NCBI GenBank assembly: GCA_040218735.1
Contig: JAVJQW010000042.1
Coordinates: 96,001 to 160,000 of the forward strand
Reading direction: 5' to 3'
Length of the DNA stretch: 64,000 nucleotides
Source: Deltaproteobacteria bacterium
Lineage (GTDB): Bacteria; Myxococcota; Kuafuiibacteriia; Kuafuiibacteriales; Kuafuiibacteriaceae
Both the position numbers and the translations under genes were made by a program. The notes beneath the pieces were generated by a model that was not told the origin of the DNA, did not search any database, and saw only the letters and a list, made by a program, of their open reading frames with translations. Below, piece after piece: positions 36,187 through 45,900 of the stretch (positions within the stretch are counted from its first letter, which is position 1; each line of letters opens with the position of its first letter).

Positions 36187-37623
36187 TCAGCGGATCTGCA
36201 GTCGATACCCGCCGGTCGCGCCCGCGTAGCCGACGACCCGCACGTAGATTCGCTCCGCCGCAAACACGCCGCTCGCCTCCTCGAGCGCCGTGAGCCCCGT
36301 GCTGCCCCCGATGGCGCGACCGTCCTCGCCGTACAGATGTACGTCGAGATCCCCCGCGTCCGCGCCCAGCTCGACGCGTACCGCGAGCGCTCCGCCGCCG
36401 TGGTCGACGGCGAACACGTCCACGTCTTGGGCGGTGGCGATCGATCCCGAGAACTCGAACGGCGCGCTGACCGTCGGTGCTTCCACGCCGTCTTCGTTCG
36501 GTTCGTAGTCGTCGACCGCCGCGTCCTCGATCTCGATCGTGATCGCGTATGCGTTCACCGCGCCCGCGTAGCCGTACACGTCGAGCACGTACGTCCCGGG
36601 GCCGAGGCCGGTGAGCGCGAGGGTTTCGTCGTCGTCCGCGGAGTCCGCGACGGTATCGCCGAGCGCCATGTCGACGTCACCGTCGGCGTGGACGAAGTCG
36701 AGGTGCACCGTGATGGCACCGCCGACCGGGAGCGTGACGGCAAATCGGTCGTGGTCGTCCGTCAGGATCGTGAGGCCCTCGGCCGAGAAGTCACCCGTCA
36801 CGACGGTCGCGGTGTCGCCATTGGGTTCGAGGGCGTCCGCGACGAGGGGCCCGCGGAAGCGATCACCCAACACCGAACGAACGAGCGGGAGCACCGCGCT
36901 CATCGCGACGCCTTCGGTGTACGTGCCGCGTCCGTCTGTGTCGGGGTTGGGTCCGTACCCGGCGTGGTGCACGGCGACGACTTCGTGGCGCACGGCCGAG
37001 AGCACCGGTGCGCCGGACGATCCGGTCGCGGTGTCGGCGTCGTACCGGTGGAGGCGTCCCACGTCCCAGAGGGTTCCCGGGGAGAGCTTCTTGTCCGGAG
37101 CGCAGCCGGGCTCGCGGTAGAAGTCGCAGTTGCCGTGGACGACATAGATCGCCTCGCCCACCTCCGGGTCCGCTTCGGCGAGGGGGAGCACGCCGTGTAC
37201 GTCGCCGGGGCTCTGGTCGCAGCCGAGGAGCGTGAAGTCCAGCGCGTGTTCCGTGGTGATGTGTTCGCTGCAGTCGTAGCGTGACCACAACGAGGGGGGC
37301 ACGCCGGTCTCGCGCGCAAAGGCGACGGTGAGCCCGCGCGCAGCTTCGGCGTTGGGCACGCAGTGCGCGCTGGTGATGAGGACGTCGCGGGCGATCAGGA
37401 ACCCGGTGCAGCGAACGCCGCGGGCCGCGATGTCGAGATCTCCGACGGCCCGCGACCGCGTACGTTCCTGCGAGGACGGGTCGAGCGTCGTGACGTCGAC
37501 CCAGTCCACGTCTCCGACGATCACCGAGCGTCCGTCGTACGACGTCGTCGGGTTCTCGGTCGCGCCGCATCCGACGGCGAACACTCCCAGGAGCAAGAGG
37601 CCCGAGCGTCGCCGACGTCCCAT
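36187..37623 (-). CDS. Trypsin-like serine protease lipoprotein with C-terminal PPC-like domains
   Basis: CTGFLI, TSAHC, LDFTLL and GSSGAP catalytic triad; two D/EPN...DxD...GDxD...V.GYAGA...Y modules. Confidence 0.85.
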   Translation of the reverse strand: MGRRRRSGLLLLGVFAVGCGATENPTTSYDGRSVIVGDVDWVDVTTLDPSSQERTRSRAVGDLDIAARGVRCTGFLIARDVLITSAHCVPNAEAARGLTVAFARETGVPPSLWSRYDCSEHITTEHALDFTLLGCDQSPGDVHGVLPLAEADPEVGEAIYVVHGNCDFYREPGCAPDKKLSPGTLWDVGRLHRYDADTATGSSGAPVLSAVRHEVVAVHHAGYGPNPDTDGRGTYTEGVAMSAVLPLVRSVLGDRFRGPLVADALEPNGDTATVVTGDFSAEGLTILTDDHDRFAVTLPVGGAITVHLDFVHADGDVDMALGDTVADSADDDETLALTGLGPGTYVLDVYGYAGAVNAYAITIEIEDAAVDDYEPNEDGVEAPTVSAPFEFSGSIATAQDVDVFAVDHGGGALAVRVELGADAGDLDVHLYGEDGRAIGGSTGLTALEEASGVFAAERIYVRVVGYAGATGGYRLQIR

Positions 37624-37823
37624 GAGGTCAGCAAAGCAAGCAACCCGAGATCGGTCGTATCCGTACGAGGTCGTATTTTGAATGGATTCGTGGTTTCGCG
37701 CGACCAGCGGACCACTACGGCGTGAACGGGGGCTCGAACCACTCGGCGACGATCAGGAGCTCGTGGAGCCGTGCTTCCTTCTGTACGCGGAGCGGATCGA
37801 GCACAGGAGGGAACGGCAAAGGC

Positions 37824-38936
37824 TCAGCGCGGCGCAGCGTCTTCCCAGTGCGGATAGTCCTCGCGGAGCTTGGCCATCGCGAAGTGCTCCTCGATCCACT
37901 CGATCACCCGCGGCGTCAGGCTCAGGTCGCGGGTCTCGTCGGGGGCAGAGAGGTCGAACGTCTTCTTCTCGCCGTCGGGCGCACGCAGCGTGAGCTTGCG
38001 CGGCAGCCCGAACACGTTGAGATCGACCGCGACGCCGTCGTAGTGGTTCGACGCTTCGGCGCCGGACTGGGTGGCAAACGCGACCCGGTAGCTGTCCGCC
38101 ATGTGGCGCGCGGCCTCGACGGTGGCTTCCCATCCGTCGGGGTGACGCCAGCGGATCGGGACGTCGAGCTTCCACTCGCCGTTCAGACGATCGAGGAGCG
38201 CTGCGTGGGTCTCGACCTCCTCCGCGGTGGTCTTCTTCGACATCGAGTACGCACCCCAGATCAAGTAGCCGCGCCGCCGGTCGCGCACCGTCGAGTAGAG
38301 GAGCACCGTCGCCCCTTGTCGCTTCAACTGGCGCATGAGGCTGCGCACCCGCTTCGCGAACGTCTTGTTCGGATCCAGTCGCTGCAGCGCGCGTAGCTTC
38401 CGACGAAGGCCCGACGGATTCGGATACCGACGACACCAGCGCGGGCCGAGCACCTCGCCGTCCTTCGCACGCGGCAGCCGAACCAGCCGGCGCGGTCGGT
38501 CGACGTCGATCGTGCCCTCGCCGTACACCCGCGGCGCGTCCGAGAACACGTCGTCGGGGTGGACATAGATCCCAGCTCGGCGTGCCCGGCTCGCGGGGAG
38601 CCAGATCGTCCGGGCCTTCGTCGCGGTGGCGACGATCACGTCGTCGAGGAAGTAGAGGAAGTCGTCTACGTCGATCGGTCGCCCGACCTCCTCTCGGATG
38701 ACCCGCAGGAACGGCTCGTCCGGGTGGCGACGCGCGATTCGGGTGAGGCGTCGGCGGTCGTACTGCACGCCGTCGATCGTCACCGCTTGTTCGCCGAGCT
38801 GCTCCGCCGCCTGTAGGAGTAGCGCTCTTGGGTCGACGTTGCCGTCGGGGACTTTCAGGCGGTCCCAGGTGCGGTTGGTCTCGATCTCGGATTCGGAGGC
38901 GCCGGCGAGCGCGAGGGTGAGGACCAGACCGAACAT
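37824..38936 (-). CDS. Secreted protein with C-terminal M15-like (LAS) metallopeptidase domain
   Basis: Signal peptide; STVR, SNHYDGVAVD (SxHxxGxAxD) and DYPHWE. Confidence 0.6.
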   Translation of the reverse strand: MFGLVLTLALAGASESEIETNRTWDRLKVPDGNVDPRALLLQAAEQLGEQAVTIDGVQYDRRRLTRIARRHPDEPFLRVIREEVGRPIDVDDFLYFLDDVIVATATKARTIWLPASRARRAGIYVHPDDVFSDAPRVYGEGTIDVDRPRRLVRLPRAKDGEVLGPRWCRRYPNPSGLRRKLRALQRLDPNKTFAKRVRSLMRQLKRQGATVLLYSTVRDRRRGYLIWGAYSMSKKTTAEEVETHAALLDRLNGEWKLDVPIRWRHPDGWEATVEAARHMADSYRVAFATQSGAEASNHYDGVAVDLNVFGLPRKLTLRAPDGEKKTFDLSAPDETRDLSLTPRVIEWIEEHFAMAKLREDYPHWEDAAPR

Positions 38937-39110
38937 CGAGGACGCGCGTTAGGGTAGCAGAGGCGAGCGCGAGTACGAGGCGCTCCGACTGTATCGGGCG
39001 TCCACGCTACGCGATTGTTCACGTGGCGTTGTTGCTACGGATCGATTGCGCACATCGTCCAAGTGCGCGGATCGTCGTTCGCGCGCGTGACGCAGCTCGC
39101 GAGAAATTGC

Positions 39111-39126
39111 TGGCACGCTCCCTGCG
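39111..39126 (+). promoter_or_regulatory. Putative sigma54 (-24/-12) promoter
   Basis: TGGCACGCTCCCTGCG has GG-N10-GC spacing and a perfect TGGCACG box, just upstream of ATGs at 39140 and 39149. Confidence 0.6.
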
Positions 39127-39139
39127 ATGGACGTCGGGC

Positions 39140-39403
39140 ATGATCAAGATGACTCGTGCCCTGGCCCTCCTGTCCGCCTCCGCGCTCCTGACGCTGGGGT
39201 TGGTCACCGCCGCCGGCGATCGCCCGGCGCCCCTCTCCGCTTCGATTTCTCACATGGAGCAGATCGACTTCGACGCGCCGACCTACGTGATCGTCGACCA
39301 AGTCGAAGACGCGCCGATGGCGACCGGCGCGCTGAAGGTGGAAGAGGTCGAGTTCATCCAGCCGCTCGAGGTCCGCATCTACCGCACCGTCCCTGGCGTC
39401 TGA
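39140..39403 (+). CDS. Small secreted hypothetical protein
   Basis: Signal peptide MTRALALLSASALLTLGLVTAA; strong GC3 bias. Confidence 0.65.
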   Translation: MIKMTRALALLSASALLTLGLVTAAGDRPAPLSASISHMEQIDFDAPTYVIVDQVEDAPMATGALKVEEVEFIQPLEVRIYRTVPGV

Positions 39404-39463
39404 CCGAAACCGCTTGAACGGCCCACCGGGCGTCGTTACGTTGATCTCGAGGAGGGGGTCGAC

Positions 39464-39991
39464 ATGGAGACACGCGCGCTCGCGCCGTTGAATCGTTGCC
39501 GCATCGAGCGGGTCGGAGACGAGGTCGTCGTCACCGACCGCCGCATCTCCTTCCCCGCGACGGTCGCCCTGATCGTGGGCGCCTTCGGCGTCAGCGCGGC
39601 CATTGCGATCCCCGCCTACCTCGCGGGGGAGTGGGCCCTCTTCGGGCTGTCCGTCCTCCAGTACGGGCTCCTCGCCGTCTTCGGTATCGGCTACGCGCGG
39701 CGCGTCTATCGCGACGGTGCGCCGCGCCGCATCCCGCTCGCGTTGGGCTTGCGCACCGAGGTCGTGGAGTCCGAGACACGGAACGCCCACATCCTGGCGT
39801 CGTCGCGTGCGCTCTACGTCACCCTCGACGGGGAACGTCGGTTCGTCATGCAGGCGTCGGCGTCCAGCCCGGACTACGACCGGCTCCCGGAGGTCGGCAA
39901 GTGGATCGAAGAGACGGCGCGAAACCACGTCGCTTCGGACGGCGGGTTCGATGGCCTCCGCCGCGAGCTCGGTCTCGCGCCGAAGGCCTGA
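39464..39991 (+). CDS. Hypothetical membrane protein (two TM helices)
   Basis: GGAGG RBS upstream; two hydrophobic segments. Confidence 0.65.
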   Translation: METRALAPLNRCRIERVGDEVVVTDRRISFPATVALIVGAFGVSAAIAIPAYLAGEWALFGLSVLQYGLLAVFGIGYARRVYRDGAPRRIPLALGLRTEVVESETRNAHILASSRALYVTLDGERRFVMQASASSPDYDRLPEVGKWIEETARNHVASDGGFDGLRRELGLAPKA

Positions 39992-42900
39992 TCAGGTCGA
40001 AGCGCTCGGCTGCTCCGTACCGCTCTGAGCGCGCACCTTCGCGAGCTCCTCCACGAGCACGTCGACGGTGTGTTTCAGCTGTTCCTCGGAGTGGAGCGCG
40101 CTGATGAAGAAGCGCAAGCGGGCGGCGTCGTCTTCGACGGCCGGGTACACGATCGGCTGCACGTTGATGCGCCGTTCCTTGAGCGCCTGGCTCACCTTCA
40201 TGCAGTCCATCGAGTTGCCGATGATCGCGGGGACGACCGCGGCGCCCATCGCGAGGCCCGTGTCGATGCCGCGCGACTTCGCGTAGTCCATGAAGAAACG
40301 CGATCGATCGCGGAGCCGTTCGACGACCTCCGGGTGGCTCTGCATCAGCTCCAACGACTTGAGCGCGGCCGCCGCGTTCGGCGGCGTGATGCCGGCGGAG
40401 TACACGAAGCCCGGCGCGGTGTACTTCAGGTAGCGCACCAGCTTCTCACTCCCGGCGATGTACCCACCGCAGCTCGCGAACGACTTCGACAGCGTGCCCA
40501 TCCACAGGTCGATGTCGCGCGGGTCGACGTCGTCGAAGTGGTGCGCGATGCCGCGGCCGGCGTGGCCGAGGACGCCGATGGAGTGCGCTTCGTCCACGAG
40601 CAGGAGCGTCTTGTAGCGCTTCTTGATCTCGACGATGCGGGGGAGGTTGCAGATGTCCCCATCCATTGAGTAGATCCCCTCCGCGCAGATCAACACGCGG
40701 CGGTAGTTCTTTCGAACCTGCGCGAGCGTGCGGTCGAGCGCGTCGAGGTCACCGTGCTGATACGGCCGGCGCGTCGCGCCCGACAGATAGATCCCCTGGA
40801 GGATGCTGTCGTGGATCAGCGAGTCGTGGACGATGAGGTCGTTGCGATCGAACAGGTGGCCGATCGTCGTGACGTTCGTGGCGTGACCGCTGACGTAGAC
40901 GATCGAGTCGTCGACGCCGACGTGCTCGGCGATCTTCGTCTCGAGGTCGCGGTGCAGCGGGCGTTCACCGGAGGCCACGCGGCTCGCGGACACCGACGTG
41001 CCGTACCGTTCGATCGCCTCCTGCGCGGCGGCGACGACCTCCGGGTGCCCGGAGAAGCCGAGGTAGTTGTAGCTCGAGTAGTTGAGCATCTCGACGCCGT
41101 CGATGACGCTCGTGTCCTTCGCGGTGCCGGCGTGCATCGCGAAGTACGGGTTGTCGAGCCCGATGAGGCGCGCCATCTCGAAGCGCTGCTCGAGGAGCTC
41201 GACCTCCGGGAAGGCGCCGATGTCCCACGCTTCGCGCGCGACGTCATCGACCACCGTGCCGTTGCTCGGCTTGGCCTCCAGCTCCGCGAAGCGTCCGCGG
41301 ATGCCGTCGATCCAGCCGAAGAGCTGGCCCGTCGCCGAGGTGTACACGATGCGCCCGGCGAAGGTGTCGTCGCCGATGGCGTCGAGCTCGACGGTGCAGT
41401 GCACCGGCTGGTCGCCGAACGGGCGCACGAGGACGAAGCGATCGAACCCGGTGGGGAAGCCGGCGCGGCCGTGGTGAGCGAAGAGCCAGAACCCGGCGAG
41501 CTGGAAGCTACCGTCGACCACCAGCGGGTCGAGGGTCCAGCTCGTGCGCTCGGTGCCGAGGATCCAGTCGCCGATCTTCGAGGTGCGTACGACGCCCTTG
41601 ATGCCGAGGTTCGTCATGCGCTCGATCGACTCGATGCCGCGGAGCATCGGGCCGTGGAACGTCTGGTTCTCGTAGAAGGCGTCGAGCGAGGTCTCGGGCG
41701 TTTCGATGGTGCCGGAGAGTGTGATGAGCTGCGGCGGATCCTGGAGGCGCTCCGTCGCGACCTTCGCCCGGTACGCGGTCGAGCCGTCGACGGAGAGCTC
41801 TACCGTGGCCTGCTCGGTCTCGTTCGAGCGGCGGCCGCGCAAGTCGGCTTGCACGGTGTCGTCGCCGAAGACGCCGCGGACCAGGTCGAGGTCGGTCACG
41901 ACCATCGCGCCGGACGTGCTCGCGGCCTCCGAGAACGTCCACGCGACGAGGTCCGCCGCCGAGGCGAGCGGGACGACGGGGCGGCCGTTGAGCTTGTGGT
42001 CGAGGAGGTAGGGGTGCGTCGTCGTCGAGAACGCGACCGCCGAGCGTGCGGCGGTGTCGCGCACCGGGAGGTCGCGGCCCACGAGGAGGAGCCCGGCGGC
42101 GCCTTCGACGAATGCACGCTCGAGACGCTCGACGCCCTCGTCGTCGTCGAGGAACGTCACGCCCTGCGTGGCCATCGCGCGACGGATGGTCTCGGGGATG
42201 CTCGCGACCATCGACGTCGAGCTCCACGGCGGCCACGCCACGGAGAGGACCCGGGTCGCGCCGACGCCGGCAACCGCGATGCGATCGAGGAGCTCGTTCG
42301 CGGCGGCGTAGTCGGACTGCCCGGCGTTGCCGAAGTGGCCGGCCCAGGACGAGAACAGGACGAGGTCGCGGAGCGTCGGGAAGGTCTGCAAGATGGCTTG
42401 CATCCCCTTCACCTTGGCGTTCATCACGCGCTCGACGCTCGCGAGTGACTTCTTGGTCGCGGGCGCGTCGTCGATCACGCCGGCTGCGTGGAACGCGACG
42501 GTGACCGGTCCGAACTTCTCGAGGTGCGGCTTCGTCGCGGTGCGGAGGGCCTCCGTGGAGGCGGCGTCCGCGGAGACGTAGACGGCGTTGTCCCCCAGCT
42601 CGGTGAGGAGCTTGGTGATGCGCTCGTCCTGTTGGCGGCGGCCGACGAGCATCACGGCCTTCGGCTTCTGCGCCGCCACCCATCGTGCGACGACGCTGCC
42701 GATCTCACCCGCGCCGCCGGTGATGACGACGACGTCATCCTTGTCGATGCGGCGCTTCGCGGGCTGTCCGACGGGCGCCGGCACGAGCTCTGCGACGAAC
42801 CGGTCGCCGTCGAAGCCGACGGCGACGGTGCGGTCCGCGCCGAGCAGCTCATCGCTGACCCAGCCGGCGATCTGCGCGGCGGGGAGGCTGTCGTCGACGT

Positions 42901-45900
42901 CGAGCACCCGCACGATCGCGTTGTTGCGCTCGCGGGCGATCGACTTCGTGTACCCGTGCAGCGGGCTCTGCAGGATGTTGCGCGCGAGGCGCGGGCTGCG
43001 CTCGAGGCCGAGGCGACCACCGAGGCCCGTGACGACGCCGATGCGCTTCACGTCGAGCTGCGCGATGAGCGGGTGCAGGACGAGGACGGGGTTGTCGAAG
43101 TCCGACGCGTCCGCGAGGCCGAGCGCGGCCGCGTGCACGAAACCGTCGAGCGTGACACCGACGTTGCGAATCGCTTCCGGCAGGCCGTCGACGAACGACT
43201 GCGGCCAGAGGTTGAGCGCGTTCTTCACGAGGCGCGCGGGGGCGGCGACGCCGTCGCGCGCGAACCGAACCCGCAGCACCGTAGCGCCGCGCTTCATCAG
43301 CTCTGCGCTGATCGCCGCGCTCGCGTCGGTGTCGTCCTCGGTGACGAGCCAGGTCTGACCGGTGACGTCGGCGAGGCCCAGGTCGGGGCGCGGGCGCGCG
43401 ACGGCCTGCACGCGGTAGGAGGTCGCGGGCACCTTCGGCGCTTCGACCTCGGGCTCGGGCGCCACCTCCGGCGCGGACGTCACGACCTTCACGACGTGGT
43501 CCGCGACGTCCGACAGCGTCGTCTTCAGGTTGAACAGCTCGGGCGGGAGGCCGCCGAGGTTGGGGTACGAGCCCTCGAGCGCGCCGCCGAGGTCCGCGAC
43601 CATCAGCGAGTCGAAGCCGAGCTCGTCGACGAGGCGCTGCTCGCCGCGGAGGTTGTCGCGCGGGAACGCGGAGATCTTCGCGACGATGCCGAAGACCTGC
43701 TCGCGGACGTCGTCGTCCGGCGGGGTCTCGACGACCGGAGTGGGCGCGGCCGGCTCGGGCGTGGGGGCCTCCGGCTCCGCGATCGCGGCGGCGACGCGAG
43801 TTTCGATCGGCGCGGGCGCGGCCGCCTTGGGAAGCTCGGGCACCTCGACTTGGCCGCCGAGCAGCAGCGCGTTCTGCTGCGCCATCACCTCGGCGTGTTG
43901 CTGCAGCAGACGGTTCTGCGAGGCGAACAGCTCGACGAGTGACTGAGGCACTTGATCGGGCGTCGTTGTCGCCGCGACGAGCGAGACGCCGCGCGCACCT
44001 TCGCGTTGGATCGGCGTCATCTCCGCGATCGGCTGCGGCTGGTCCTTCACGGGCCAGTACGACTGCCGCTCGATCGGCGTCTCCGGGAGCGAAACGACGC
44101 GGCGGCCTTCGCCCGTGTAGAGCGGTTCGAAGTCGACCGGCGCACCGATCGCCGCGAGCGTCGCGACGCCGCGGAGCAGCTCGTAGCCGCGGTCGTCGTC
44201 ACTCGTGGAGAGCGTGACGAACGTGTGCTCGGCGCCGAGCGTCGCGCGCGCGAAGCTCGTGAGCATCGCGCCTGCGCCGACCTGCACGAACACGGTCGCG
44301 CCCGCGTCGCGCGCCTGTTCGAGGCCGCGCACGAACTCGACCGGCGCGGTGGCGTGCGCGACGAGTACTTCGCGGATCGCGTCGGGGCCGCCGTGGACGT
44401 GGTCGGCGATGCACGAGGCGACCGTGCTCTCGGGGGCCTTCAGCTCGACGTCGTCGAGGAGCTTGGCGACCGCTTCGTCGACGCCGTTCAGGAGCGGGGA
44501 GTGGAACGCGTGGGAGACGGAGAGCGTCTTCACGTCGATGCCGCGCGCCGCAAACTTCTCCGACGCGGCCTTCACGCCCGCGGTGGTCCCTGAGATCGAG
44601 GTCTGGCGCGGGTGGTTCACGTTGGCGACCACGACGCCCTCGACGTCGGCGACGATCTCACGCGCCGTGTCGGCGTCGGTCATCACCGCGGCCATCGCGC
44701 CGGTGTCCTCCAGGTCGAGCGCGCGCATCGCGGCGCCGCGCTGGGCGACGAGCTTCACGGTCGCGGCCGGATCGATCGCGCCGCCGGCGGCGAGCGCGGC
44801 GAACTCGCCGAGGCTGTGGCCGAGCGTGACGTCGGGACGAACGCCCGCGGACTTCAGGAGCGCGTCGACGCCGAGACCGAGCGCGGCCATCGCCGGCTGG
44901 CAGATCTCGGTGGCGCGGAGCGCGTCTTCGGCGGCGTCGTTTGCCTCGGCGGGGTAGACGTAGTCGGCGAGGTCGCCCTCGACGGGCGCGGCCTGCGCGA
45001 GCTCGGCGAACGTGTCCGCGAAGGTCGCGAAGCGCGCACGGAGCGCGCCGAGGAGGCCGACCTTCTGGGCGCCTTGGCCGGGGAACAGGAACGCGATCTT
45101 CTTGGGCTCGTCTTCGGAGAGGCCGGCGTCGAAGAACGCGACGTCCTTGGAGACTTCACCGTTCGCTGCGCGGCGGAGGTTGTCGATCAGCTCGGCGCCG
45201 GAGCGCGCACCGATCACGGCGCGGAAGCGCTCGCGGGTGCGGCGGGCGTTGAGTGTGTACGCGACGTCGGCCAGCGAAGCGTCGCTGCCTTCGAGCCAGT
45301 CGGCGAGCCCTCCGAGGTGTGCGTCGAGGAGCGCGCGCGTCGCGCCGGTGACGAGGACGGCTTCGGGCAGCACTTCGTCGTGGTCGACGGCGAGCGGGAC
45401 GGCGACGGCGGCGCGTCGCACGGCGGCGGGCGCCTCCTCGAGCACGATGTGGGAGTTCGTGCCGCCGAACCCGAAGGAGCTGACGCCGACACGCAGACGG
45501 TCGGGGCGCGCTTCGAGGGCGGAGACACGATCCGAGACCTGCAGCGGGCGTGTCTCGAACGCGAGCTTCGGGTTCGTCGCTTCGAAGTTCGGCTGCGGCG
45601 GAGCGGTGCGGTTCTCCACGACCTTGACCGCCTTGATGAGCCCCGCGATGCCGGCGGCCGACATGGCGTGGCCGATGTTGCCCTTCACGGATCCGATCCA
45701 GGGGGACCGGTCCTGCTCGACGCCGTGTTCGGCGAGGAGCGTCGAGAGCGCTTCGACTTCGACGGGGTCGCCGATCGTGGTCGCGGTGCCGTGCGCCTCG
45801 AAGAAGGAGACGGAGGCCGGAGACACGCCGGCGTCCGCGTAGGCGCGCTTCAGCGCGTCGAGCTGGCCGTCGACCTTCGGAGTCATCGGGCCTTCGCCGC

